64,000 nt of DNA, from contig NC_073393.1 in assembly GCF_028641065.1 (NCBI RefSeq), forward strand, positions 16,058,001 to 16,122,000. The letters run 5' to 3'. This DNA comes from Leucoraja erinacea. Its lineage: Eukaryota. The stretch's first letter is position 1. Every line of letters begins with the position of its first letter. The notes under the pieces are model-generated. The model did no database searches. It worked only from the letters and a program-made list of their open reading frames with translations, and was not told the origin of the DNA. Positions 25,059-36,428 of the stretch are shown in pieces. The position numbers and the translations under genes are program-made.

Positions 25059-28000
25059 CTGTGAAATAAATTCAATATTGCCTGTTAACGCATCGTACAG
25101 TGACTTGGGAAAACAATCGATTTTCCAATACGATTGGAATATAACCAACAATTATCATTTCTAGATTGCAGATAACGCCTTTCTTGCTCTAGCAGTGTAG
25201 CACAAATATTCATGAAACATTTTCAATTTTATTCTCTCCACTTTGCCATCAACACTTCGCTCACATAGGTTATACCACTTGCCTAAACACGGGACATTTT
25301 AAATGTCTAATTAGCCTACCACCCCTCACGTGATTCGAGATGTGCGAAGAATTCGGAGCACCTCGGGAAACCCGCGAGGATGTAACAAATAACGTTCAAA
25401 CATCACACTGACAGCACATACGGCCAGGATGCGTTTTACCTTGTGGCTGGATATACGAGGCCAAGCCATAATATCTCTCTCACTGTGTGATCTTCGTTAG
25501 ATAATATGGAAATACTGCAAAGAGTGCTTGTCATATGTCCCAGATAGAACTGAAATTCTTACTTGCAGCAGCACGACAGAATAAGTAAACATAGTACTCT
25601 GTAAATAATATAATAAACCTCTCTGAGGTCCAGAGCCATCCCGCCACCTGTCCTTTATTGTGGATTTCCTGAATTCAGATTTCAATCTGTTCCGAATCAT
25701 TGTCAGAATTTCTCATATTTCGTGGCGCTGGATATGCCCGCTGGGTGGAAAAGCATGTTGGCTGTTCCCCATCTTGTCTGTTTCTTAACTTCCCGTTAAT
25801 TATGGACAGCATTCTACATTAAACCCGGGAAAAGAGATACAGGGATGGCGTCGTGCAGCGGAATGTGTTGTTCGGCTCTATCTGGTTTCAACGTTGCAAT
25901 TGGAAATTCGCCATTACGGCTTTTCCACAGTCGGACAAGGTCAACATTATGTTCACGTTACTTCATAATCAATAGAAATAATTTCCTTTAAGCTGATATT
26001 TCCTTGGAATTATTTTCGTGCAAATACTTTTCCCATACCTCGGCATAGACAACATTCTCTTCCTTTCGTCGATATTTGGTCATTTTTTTGCCCTCACTCA
26101 AGTTTAGTGTTGCGTAGGCAGAGGCATCTTCACTTGACGCTTGCCGAACCTATTAGAAAGTGACATTCAACACAGTTAGCAGACTGTCTGATGTAGTTCT
26201 TTAAAGAGTGAGTCTGAAACATAAACATACAGAATGAATGCAAAATCGGGGCACGATACCATTTGAATTGCATTCAATTATATTTCTCAGAATGTCATTC
26301 CCGAGAGCATTCAGTGCCAGTGTTTAACTTGTTTATTAATTTTGTAGCTTGCGATTCATTTGGAACTATGAGACTGCAGGTTTAGTCTCTGCGCCCCGTC
26401 CAATATTAGAGGTGACAGGCAAAATTGTTTCCTTCTGCGCTGCAATGTTCGAAAATTATATGGAATGAAACTGATATATTCTCTGCTGATCGTATAATTT
26501 CTGTACTGGTCCATCCCTCTTGGAAACACGAAGAATAGCTTCACCTACCGGTTCTACGCTATGACTTGCTTCCACGCAGTTTGCATTAATACCTACATGA
26601 AAAAAAAGAAATCTTGAATAACATTTTAGTGTCAGGAAAATGTAAATTACGCATTAGATTATAATCACATCTACTGCCCTTGAAGGCAGCGACAATCCCG
26701 TATACGTATCGGAGTATCACCGCCACAGTGTAGTGTGTTGTGCATTACCTTCATATACACCATCCGCGTTAGATCTGCACAACCGGCGGAAGCGAAGGTC
26801 TAGGCCAAATAACTCATCCTTCACATTTTGACGTTAAAGCAAGTCAACAGTGCGAAAGGGCAGGGGAAATAATTGTATTTTAACTTACAACTAATAACTA
26901 GTATTGCTTTGGATTCTTGTTTCAATACTACTCAGAATGCACCAACCGCTTTTCTATCAACGGGTGTGTGAAATGGAAAATTATGCAAGGTTCTTACCTC
27001 GTTGTGCCTTTAATACGAATCTTGTCAAAATTATAAGCAATACTACAAATGACAGTCCGCCCACGACACATCCGAGAATTAGAGTTTTGTCCGTGGTTTC
27101 TGGGGTCTCTGGATATGGCGAAAAATGAGAACAGTGAAGCATAAATACATACACAGGGACCGGTAGACAAGAAGGCAGAGGAATCGTTCAATATTTTCGG
27201 CACAAATATGTTATGACTGCCACATGGCACGCATTGTAAGGTAATGACGAGTTTATAGAACTGATCGCATTATACGGCGGCTCTTTGCTGAGGTTTGGTT
27301 AGTAAGTTAAGATGAGTATTAATTTTCATTTTACAAAACTACGCCCGGTAGTTTGACAACGGTTTAAAAAGTCAGAATGCTATATTCTATATTCTGGATC
27401 TGACACCCTGGACCCGCCGCCACAGGTTCCAGTAAATATGAAAAGGAACTGGATTTTTGTGTTTGCACAACTATCTAATTGTATTTGTAAATAGACACAA
27501 AAGAGCTGGAGTAACTCAGCGGGACAGGCAACATCTCTGGAGAGAAGGAATGGGAGACGATTTGGATCGAGACCCTTGTTCAGATTGTATTTCTCGGCAG
27601 GCTGAAGTCTACGTTAAATGCCTCCCGGCTTACCTTGCTCGACAATGTAGCTGAAACTGGCAGGGGCTGTAAGAGATACGTGGGATACCAGGCAGGTGTA
27701 AACAGTTTTGCCTGGGGCAGGCTGCGTATCGTGCAAAAAACTGGAAGCCTCATAAAGTCCATCCGCTGTTCTGTTTCTCACGGTTTCAATGCCGGTCAAA
27801 ATTTCCACGTTGTTTCTTTGCCAGATTACGTCTAGTTCCATTGGATAAAACGCAGCCGTTTTACACACGAGTTGCGGCAAATGCGGTGCACTTCCTTCAA
27901 TAGCAACGATTTTCAATGGAGTTGGGGGAGCTGGAACAATTTTAAAAAAAGCGTGAAGCTGCAAAATATATTTTATTTCAATGAACATAATTGTCGCTGA

Positions 28001-29703
28001 ACCGTTGCTGCTGCCTCCTGTTATCCGTGTGGTTGTTTCTTGAGTTTATAATTTTGTTATACATTATTTTACGGAGGATATCAAGGTAAAAGTAGTGTAA
28101 TTGAAACAAAGCAAGAATGGAGTGCTGCCTAGCGCGATTATTGTGAAGGAATGTGACACAGGTAGGTACTGCTTGGTAAGATTCCGTGACAGTGCTTTAT
28201 GTTGAATTCAAAATCACGCATTTCTTCTGAACATTTGCTCTTTCTTATGTGCATATGGTAGTTACAGAAAATGGACTGCACTGAATGGCAGAAGTACATC
28301 GGCGACAACAACTGCTTTTCTCGAAAAGCACGCAAGGATGAACGGAACAAACTCTGTTCCTCATTTCATATATTTTATTAACAAGACATTAACGACCATG
28401 GTTCCATTTGTGCTGGAGCCACTGTCAGTAATATTTAACGAGCGGGAGAGTTAATTGTACCTTTTTTGTCAATTCATTGCGTAATCACCTCGTTTCTGTT
28501 TAAGCATATTTATTTTACTTCATTTGTGTAATAACATCTCATTGTACTATAATTCTTAATTAATAAAGATATATTACATTTTACTCCCTGTGCCATATAA
28601 ATGATTACCAAGCAAAGAAATAATATCGGAGAATTTCAGTTGTAGTTCTTTTTTTTCTTTTTTCATTCCATGAACTTTCCTGGAGACAGTGAATGTGAAA
28701 ACAAAATTATCCACCTCAAAACTGTGAGATAAATTTCTCCTCCGTTTTTAGTTGATGTGAAAGTTTGTCGGCGTGGGAAATTTGCAACTTTCTGGAAATT
28801 CGGAGTAACGTGAATTTGGTTGGGTATTTGAAAAGCTGGAGGTCAAAATATAAAGTGACCTGCCAATTTACAAGAGCCATAACCAGGGTAACGTCACTAT
28901 GTCTTTTTAACATAACCCGGAGTAAATAAAACAAAACTATAACAGAACTCTCGCTGAACGTATATTGACCGACGGATGGAATATTTTTCAGTATTTTCCC
29001 TTTATTTCAGATTTCCATCTCGGAAGTAACTATTAAAATTATAGAGCTAGTTAAGATTAATATTTCCACCACCAGGAAGCTTTAGTAACATTGCAACAGA
29101 AGAACATACCCCACTACTCGTAACAAAGACACTTACTTAACACAATTAGCTGGGAGCCAGTTCCATTGCCGATAAGTTGCAGTTGATGTTTCACTCGACA
29201 GTAATACATCCCGAAGTCATCGACACTCACATTCAGCAAAGTAAATGTACTGCTTCCCTTGTCTACTTTGAATTGTTTTCTGCTGTCCGCTTCCATAAAT
29301 GTCTTCTCGTCCCCTCTCCACCAAGAAACGTCAGCGGTTTCTTTTAATATCGGAAATTTGCAGAACATGGAATCACTTCTGCCCCTGGAGACCCTCAGGA
29401 TTGCGGGGAATTGTTCCACTTTGCTCGAAGTTGCTTTTGTCAGTGGCAGAAATAAGTAAATATGATGAAAACATTTGTACATACAGCACCAAGAAAAAGA
29501 GCCAATGGATACACAAATACAAAACAATTAGGAAATAATGGTTAGCCAATTGTAGAAACGTTGTAAATTTAATTTACTGTGGCATACTAGTGTAAAATAT
29601 TGTCAAATATGATTTGCTTAGCGAAATCGGTACAGAAACTATGCATACCTTGACAAAGCAAAGCAAGAAGACCCATGTACCGAACCATTGCTTTCACCGG
29701 CAT
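24921..29703 (-). CDS. Gene B model: VJ-C1-TM inhibitory receptor with a four-tyrosine-motif, SIRP-alpha-like tail, about 350 aa
   Basis: Exons 29703-29649, 29433 (ancestral start 29442)-29137, 27930-27634, 27108-26998, 26592-26549, 26149-26039 and 25058-24921. Phases 1,1,1,1,0,0, identical to gene C. Confidence 0.82.
26039..26149 (-). CDS. Gene B ITIM exon (VRQASSEDASAYATLNLSEGKKMTKYRRKEENVVYAE)
   Basis: aatag|..|gtatgg, 111 nt; SAYATL fits the ITIM consensus. Confidence 0.88.
26549..26592 (-). CDS. Gene B 44-nt cytoplasmic exon (GINANCVEASHSVEP)
   Basis: tgtag|..|gtaggt; same size and phase (1 to 0) as the gene C exon. Confidence 0.8.
26998..27108 (-). CDS. Gene B TM exon (..TDKTLILGCVVGGLSFVVLLIILTRFVLKAQR)
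   Basis: tccag|..|gtaaga, phase 1-1; uncharged hydrophobic core. An alternative in-frame acceptor would start the exon at 27099. Confidence 0.85.
27634..27930 (-). CDS. Gene B Ig C1-set exon
   Basis: ttccag|..|gtaagc, 297 nt; LVCKTAAFYP..W..YTCLVSHVSL. Confidence 0.92.
29137..29433 (-). CDS. Gene B Ig V-set (VJ-joined) exon
   Basis: C..WWR..DFGMYYCRVKHQLQLIGNGTGSQLIV, donor gtaagt. The homologous acceptor (29444-29443) reads AC; the next in-frame AG is 9 nt downstream. Confidence 0.88.
29649..29703 (-). CDS. Gene B leader exon MPVKAMVRYMGLLALLCQ
   Basis: 55 nt from ATG to G|gtatgc; hydrophobic core. Confidence 0.85.
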
Positions 29704-31567
29704 ACTGCAAAATAGAAGGGTGTGCATAAGAAATAGGTTTTCATAGAATGCCTGAAGCGTGTGACACCAACTCCGTAAATCACATGACTAAGGCATCGTG
29801 ATGCATTTTGAGTATATTTATGTTTCAGCGAGTATGATCTAGGAAATATGTTTTCTTCGATTTCCTACTCCAAAATGATTTCTCTCCCAGCCATTGTAGG
29901 TGCACCGCGTTTGGACAACACATATTGAAATCCATTTACCTCTACCTCATTCTCAAATTGAGACTTTGTCCTATCGGAGCATAAGATGACAGAGCTGTCA
30001 ACTATTCAGCCTCGTATATTTCTGTCACAGATTATCCCACCTTGAATGCAGGAGGGTGTGATGACCTTTGAGTTAGTCCCGCTGCGAATTTCTTTCATTT
30101 CAGCCAAAAACTCCAAGCCTCAATTGCAGCATTTAAATGAGATACATTACATCAAGTGATGTTGTTGATAAGGATTTGATCATCCACTAGATGGCAATTG
30201 GGCGGCGTACCATTAAGAGTTTTTCGCTATTGATTCGGATCGTCTAATTCTTCACACAAGGAATTTAGAAAGGGAAACCCATAGTCAACTGAATCTTTGA
30301 TGGCATTCTTTTTCGCTTACAATATATAGTGCATTCCTCTGCTACCTTTCTCCGTGGTGCCATATGTGACTATAAGCAACAATGTTATAACCTCTTTCCA
30401 TTGTTAAAATTCAGGAATTAACTAGCTCCTTGCTCCCAAGTATTAATCTGTTACATTCGCAGATATTTGCAACAGCAACTTTCGCGCAAAGGTATTCAAG
30501 GGCCAAATGTGCATTCCAAAACCCGATTACCGAAGAGAAGGGGACCACATCAACAAACAAAAGACGATGCGAGTTTATTAAAGTAAAAGCTTGAATTGTT
30601 AGAAATAGAGTCGATTATCAAAGAAAAAGAGAAATACGTCCAAGACCACAAAAGACTTCAGAGACAAAAAATAGAATTCTTTACAGTATGACTGCTAACG
30701 TAAAATTGTTGCATTCTTGGAGATTTGAGCATTTGACAACTTGTGATGCCAAATTTTAAAAGAGCAGCATGAGCAAGGTGTATAGTCCATGGAGTTTGTT
30801 CCCGGTCAATGCAATGTGCGACGTAACTTTTTAAAAGTTATAATTGTTCCTTTTAGTTATTGCAGGTTCACATTTTCAACACACAAAGAATAGTTATTAT
30901 GGTAAGATGAATAACAAAACGTGAATCAAAAAAGGTGACATGTGTGAAGGAACATAAGATGATCAAACGTGTGTGCAAACGTAAGAACTTTAAAAGAGGG
31001 GGGAGTGGGGAGGGGAGAAGAGGGGAGAAGGGGGATACGGGGAGAAAGGGGAGAAGGGGGGAGAATGGGGGAGAAGGAGTGGAGACATTTTTAAGAAGCC
31101 ATACAACGTTTAATAAGCCAGAGATACACATATGTGAAGTTCGCCGGGCATTTAACATTACCGGTGGGTTATCTTAAGTTCTGAAAATTCGTGCTTACGT
31201 TTTTTTCCCCCAATGAGCCAATGAAAATGACCGGTCAGCAAAGGCGATTAACTAAGACTGCCTACGACTACCTCGACTACCTACAACTATATGGTGACCC
31301 CACTACGACTGCACCTACGACCACAGGATTATCGATTTTCTCCGTGGCGACCAATTTTTGGTCGCAGCAACATTTTGTATGACAACTTGTTCTATTTGAT
31401 CTTATTTGATTGTGCACGCTGGGTTGATTGCATTCGTCGAAACAGGGCGGACCACGTGAAGGTTGCAATCTCCCACCCCAATGAGACTCACCAGAGACCA
31501 TCAGCGAATATGTGGCGACCATGTGGTGAGCACAGAGTCTCCTGCACTCGCCAAAAAAGTCGCCTAA

Positions 31568-31976
31568 AGGGGCAGTCCCACTGAGGCGACCTAATCTGCG
31601 AGTTTAGAAGAGTTTGCCCTCGACTCAAACTCGCAGCATGGTCGACACGTGGTCCTAGGAGGTCTCTGGAACCATGCCTCAGTTGGGTCGAGGAAACATT
31701 TTCAGCATGTTGAAAATTTGCCTTCGCCATGGTTCCTTTGAACTCGTAGTGCAGTGGAATGGGGTCGCTGTGTAGTTATAGGCAGTCGAGGGCAGCCATA
31801 GGCAATCTCCTTGGCTGACCGGGTAATTTAATTGGCTCATTGGCGTTTTCTGGGCCAAGGAAAACCGACCGGTAGGTTAAATGCCCGCTAAACTTTATTA
31901 AAAGTTGTCTGGCTTCGTAAAAGTGTCTCCACCACCCCCCCCCCCTCTCCCATTCTCTCCCCCTCTCTCCCCATCA

Positions 31977-32012
<36 letters not shown>

Positions 32013-32099
32013 TCATCCGCGCTCGCTAAAGGACTTACCGTACACTGTGCCGTCGTCTTTTACGTTCCTGTTCATCGCGGGTGTGAATTTCAGACTGCG

Positions 32100-32134
<35 letters not shown>

Positions 32135-32299
32135 CTTCCCCTGCCCCCCGCCTTTGCGATGTGTGTATGTGCGGTCGGTCGATCCAGCTCGCGGTTTCAT
32201 CGCTGACGGTCAATCCAGCTCGAGGTTGTTCAGGAAAGTGCCCTCGAGCTTGAAGGGCGAAGACAGTCGCTGAATGGTCGCGTTAGTGGGACAGACCCT
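31568..32299. mobile_element. Non-autonomous PIF/Harbinger-type DNA transposon
   Basis: Terminal inverted repeats AGGGGCAGTCCCACT / AGTGGGACAGACCCT (13 of 15 match); TAA target duplication at 31565-31567 and 32300-32302. Confidence 0.75.
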
Positions 32300-32439
32300 T
32301 AAGTGGGACAGGCCCTTATGGGACAGACAGCCTTCCCAGTCTCTCATCATAACTGAAAAATTAATTCCAGGAAAAATGTTGATGTATATATTCTCATTTT
32401 ATTTCTGACCAGAGAACAGAAAGGAGATTGAAAACATTC

Positions 32440-33260
32440 AAGCCAACCTTTCCCTCAATGTCAGCAAGACAAAGGAGACTGTGGTTGATTTCAGCAAGAG
32501 ACACAGTGCACACCCCACTTATGCATTGATGGCACCGAAGCAGAAATGGTCGAAAGGTTCAAGTGCCTTAGAATAAATATCACCAGCAATTTGCCCTGGA
32601 CCAGCCACGTCGAAGCTATGGCCCGAAATGCCCACGAATGCCTCTACGTCCTGAGAAGGATTAGGGATTTCGGCATGACATCAATAACCCCCATCAACTT
32701 CGATAGAGGCATTGTAAACAACTGTTTTAGGATGTATTATAGACGGGGTTGGAAACAGCTCCATCCAAGACCACAAGAAATTGCAAGAAGTTATGGACGT
32801 AACTCAGACCATCACACAAACCAACTTCCCATCCATTGACTCCATCTACACTCCATCTGCCGCGGCAAGGCCGTCAGGATAATCAAGGACCACCCTCACA
32901 CCAGCCATCACTCTTATCCCCTCTCACACGAGGCAAGTCTTACAGAAGTTTCCGACGCATATCTCCAGAATCAGGGACAATTTCCTCCCAGCTGTCATCT
33001 GGCAAATGAACGAACGGTCCTCTGATCAGCTAGAGTGCGCTCCTCATCTACCTCATCCATCTCACATAAGAACTGAACCATCTTTCATTGGCATTTATCT
33101 TGCACTCAGTTTTGTACCCGTTACAATTTCTCTGTGCATTGTTGACGGCTTGATTGTATTCATGTATAGTATTTTCTTTGACAGGACAGCATGCACTGAA
33201 ATGTTTTTCATTGTATTTCGGTAGACGCGACAATAATTTGCTGAAGTAAACTGAACTAAA
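32440..33260 (+). mobile_element. Rex1/Babar-type LINE 3' portion
   Basis: MVERFKCLRINITSNLPW; same family and same flanks as 12350-13190. Confidence 0.75.
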
Positions 33261-33269
33261 CACACGACT

Positions 33270-33530
33270 TGGAATTGAAACACAGACTTTTCGGAGCAAC
33301 TTTACATACATTTGTCACGCCGAAATAAGCTATTACATAAATTGCTCAAATCGCCGTTCTGATCTGTAACGTAAGAAGGCGACATTTTGCTTTTCACCAC
33401 AAAGTGTTTCCACGACGTCATCAGCAAGTTCGCGAGCGCAATTCTAGTCTCGGCTATTTGTGAATTTCTTATTAACTCGAGCTGCAGATACATTCGCTTA
33501 AAGGGAAAACGGAGACGTGCAGCATAAGAC
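33270..33530. promoter_or_regulatory. Conserved upstream non-coding block, gene B copy
   Basis: ACCACA at 33396, TTTCCA at 33407, GACGTCA at 33414. Confidence 0.45.
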
Positions 33531-33721
33531 AACAACATCCAGGCAGATTACTCCGTGTACTCACCAAATATATCAATTTTTGTTTTGAACATACACCTTC
33601 TAGTTTTAGACTCCCCTACCATTTGACAAAATATTTTTGACGATCTCCCCTGTCTATGAACCTCATAATTCTAGTTTCTTCATTCCACTTCTGTCCCGGA
33701 GGCAGAATCAAATTAGCACCA

Positions 33722-34096
33722 ACTTACAAAATTCTTAAGGGGTTGGACAGGCTAGATGCAGTAAGATTGTTCCCGATGTTGGGGAAGTCCAGAACAAGGG
33801 GCCATAGTTTAAGGATCAGGGGGAAGTATTTTACGACCGAGATGAGAAAAACATTTTTCACACAGAGAGTGGTGAATCTGTGGAATTCTCTGCCGCAGAA
33901 GGTAGTTGAGGCCAAGTTCATTGGCTATATTTCAGAGCGAGTTAGATTTGGCCCTTGTGGTTAAAGGGATCAGGGGGTATGGAGAGAAGGCAGGTACGGG
34001 ATACTAAGTTGGATGATCAACCATGATCATGTTGAATGGCGGTGCAGGTTCGAAGGGCCGAATGGCCTACTCCTGCACCTATGTTCTATGTTTCTA
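33722..34096 (+). mobile_element. CR1 LINE 3' end
   Basis: TYKILKGLDRLDA..FFTQRVVNLWNSLP. Confidence 0.9.
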
Positions 34097-35420
34097 CACG
34101 GCCATGGTATCATCAAATCTAATCATGATTTTATTAGCGAATTATCTTTTATTCCACCCATCATCCTCTTCAAAATCTTGGTATTCAGTAGGCTAACACC
34201 TTTCTCTATTTCACAGTTCTGATCAGGGATCCCTCGTCTGAAATATTAAACGTTTTTCACTCCAGTCTGCAGTCTGACCTTTTCATCTATCCAATCGTTT
34301 TTATTTCCTATTTTTACATCGTTTTGTCTAAGTTTCTATTTCCCATGTCTCATGAAAGGTTATAGGCGAACTATTAATTTCCCTATTCGTTTGCAAAATG
34401 TACATGATTACAACATTCGTGATGTATAGAGTCAAGTAGAATTTATTGACATATGCAGAGGTCTGTACGGTACAGGTCCAAATTGAATTTGTATCCACCA
34501 CATGCACATACCCATTGACTCAAACATGGGTGGCTGCAGGATGCTATACCCTAAATGGAGGAAAACCTGTGCGTGACTTTGTTTAACGTGGGGAAACTGG
34601 TGCACAGACAGCCATCCCACGATCCTTGACAGATCTGGGCCAGGATCCAGTGGCACTAAACAATTTTCACAAACCTATAATGGAATGAGGTTCACAAACA
34701 ATTAATGTGTTAATACAGGGCCTTCGTGAAAGAACAGCTGAAGAGTGACGCTGTTTTTCTGAAGCGTTATGGGCTGATTAAAAAAATCGGGGCTTATTTT
34801 TACTTATACCCTGATACCCTCTACTTTTCAAAGTCGTTCATCTTCATGCTGGTTGCAACCGAAGAGCCCCGTGCAAGAGCCTTCCCCGTTTTTTTTAATG
34901 AGCTCATCGGTGACCATCATCCAAACTTTGTAAACTTGCATTTCCCTTATACCTGTCACCAGATCAAAGTCAACTAGACCAAGTGGGACCCGTTGCGCCC
35001 CGTTCCCCAATCGCGATATTCCTTCACTCACCCATAGCTCCCAACTGCGCAGGAGTAGCGGATGCTTTTAAAGTTTAAAATGGCAATAACGTAAAAAATA
35101 AGATCAATGTTTACGCATCTACTCTCCCTCTTCAGTCGCCTATTCCCTTACTCCATTATCCACCCTCTCCCCAGTCTCAACCAACCCCCCTCTGCTTCCT
35201 CCCCTCACCCCTCCCGCCCCTCCTCATTCTTCCCCCTCCCCTCCTCCATTACCTCGCCATCCCTCTTCCTACCCCTATCCTCCTCCCTCCCCCCTCATCT
35301 CCCAGCATTCCCTCTGCATCCTCTTCACCCTCTTTTCTCTCTCCCCTTCCTCTCCTAAACTCTCTCCCTCACCTCTTCCTCCCTCTCCTTTCCCCTACCC
35401 TCAGCCACTCCCTCCCTCCA

Positions 35421-35562
35421 TAAACTAGTAGAGTGGATAAGGGAGAACTAGTGGAGTGGAGTGGATAAGGGTGTAACTAGTGGAGCGGATAAGTGGAGTA
35501 ACTAGTAGAGTGGATAAGGGAGAACCAGTGGATGTCTTATATCTGGGCTTTCAGAAGGCTTT
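35421..35562 (+). repeat. Tandem repeat (about 23 bp) derived from CR1 RT sequence, preceded by a CT-rich tract (35120-35420)
   Basis: ACTAGTAGAGTGGATAAGGGAGA repeated about 4 times, running into VDVLYLGFQKA-coding sequence. Confidence 0.7.
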
Positions 35563-36290
35563 ATTTGTCACCAGTCGCCCCATCCCAGAAACAACAGTGC
35601 TTTAGGAAGAACATTTGTTTTACTCATTTATAAGCATTTACAAGCATTACTCATTTAAACATACAGTCCGTTGATCCATATCCAGCAAAATTGTGTGATA
35701 ATTGCACAAAAGGTATTATTGTCTAAGGAATTTGGTGTGGAATGATATTCCATCTCAGTACTAATTTAAGGCAAGCCCCAAGCTATAGATACTTTCCCCC
35801 CCACCCCCAATCCCTCTCGCCCAATCTTCATTGAACCTACCATTTGACCATTTTTTTCACTCAGCTGCTGTAACGTTTCCTTCCTATCAAAATCTCTGTG
35901 TAGCTAGCATCTCTGTCCCTATCTTCAAACTCCCACTTTGAAATAAAATACCACATTCGACAAACATTTCGCAGCAGGGTCGCTATGTAAATGCAAATAT
36001 ATGGTATCCAAGAAGCATAACTTGAAGCGTTTGCATTTGGAGAAGTTCGAAACGGACCAGGAATGAAAATTAATAGTTATGAATAACATATTGCTGCTTC
36101 TACTTTGTATATTCTTATGTTTATCTGCAATAGACAAATTCCAACAGTGAGCCTGTCTTTCATCGAAGTTGAAAATGGTCACTTGCTTTCTACCCTCTAA
36201 CAATTATTACTATAAATTCTGGACGCAACAAGTGAAACTTTGGGCTTATACTCAAACAAATAGTCTACCATCTAAACTTTATTTGGATTG

Positions 36291-36428
36291 TCAGTTACAC
36301 GTCTTTTTTGAAGTATTCACATCTGCGTACACCGTGTATTTGTTGTTCTGTTTGGATGCTGATGTTTTCTTGGGGTTGTGATGTTGCACAGTTGCGTAGG
36401 TCAGCTTGTCATGTCCACCTCTTTTAGT
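36291..36428 (-). CDS. Gene C last exon (TKRGGHDKLTYATV..YTVYADVNTSKKTCN*)
   Basis: cgcag acceptor, 138 nt to TGA; ITIM LTYATV and ITSM TVYADV. Confidence 0.88.
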   Translation of the reverse strand, partial: TKRGGHDKLTYATVQHHNPKKTSASKQNNKYTVYADVNTSKKTCN

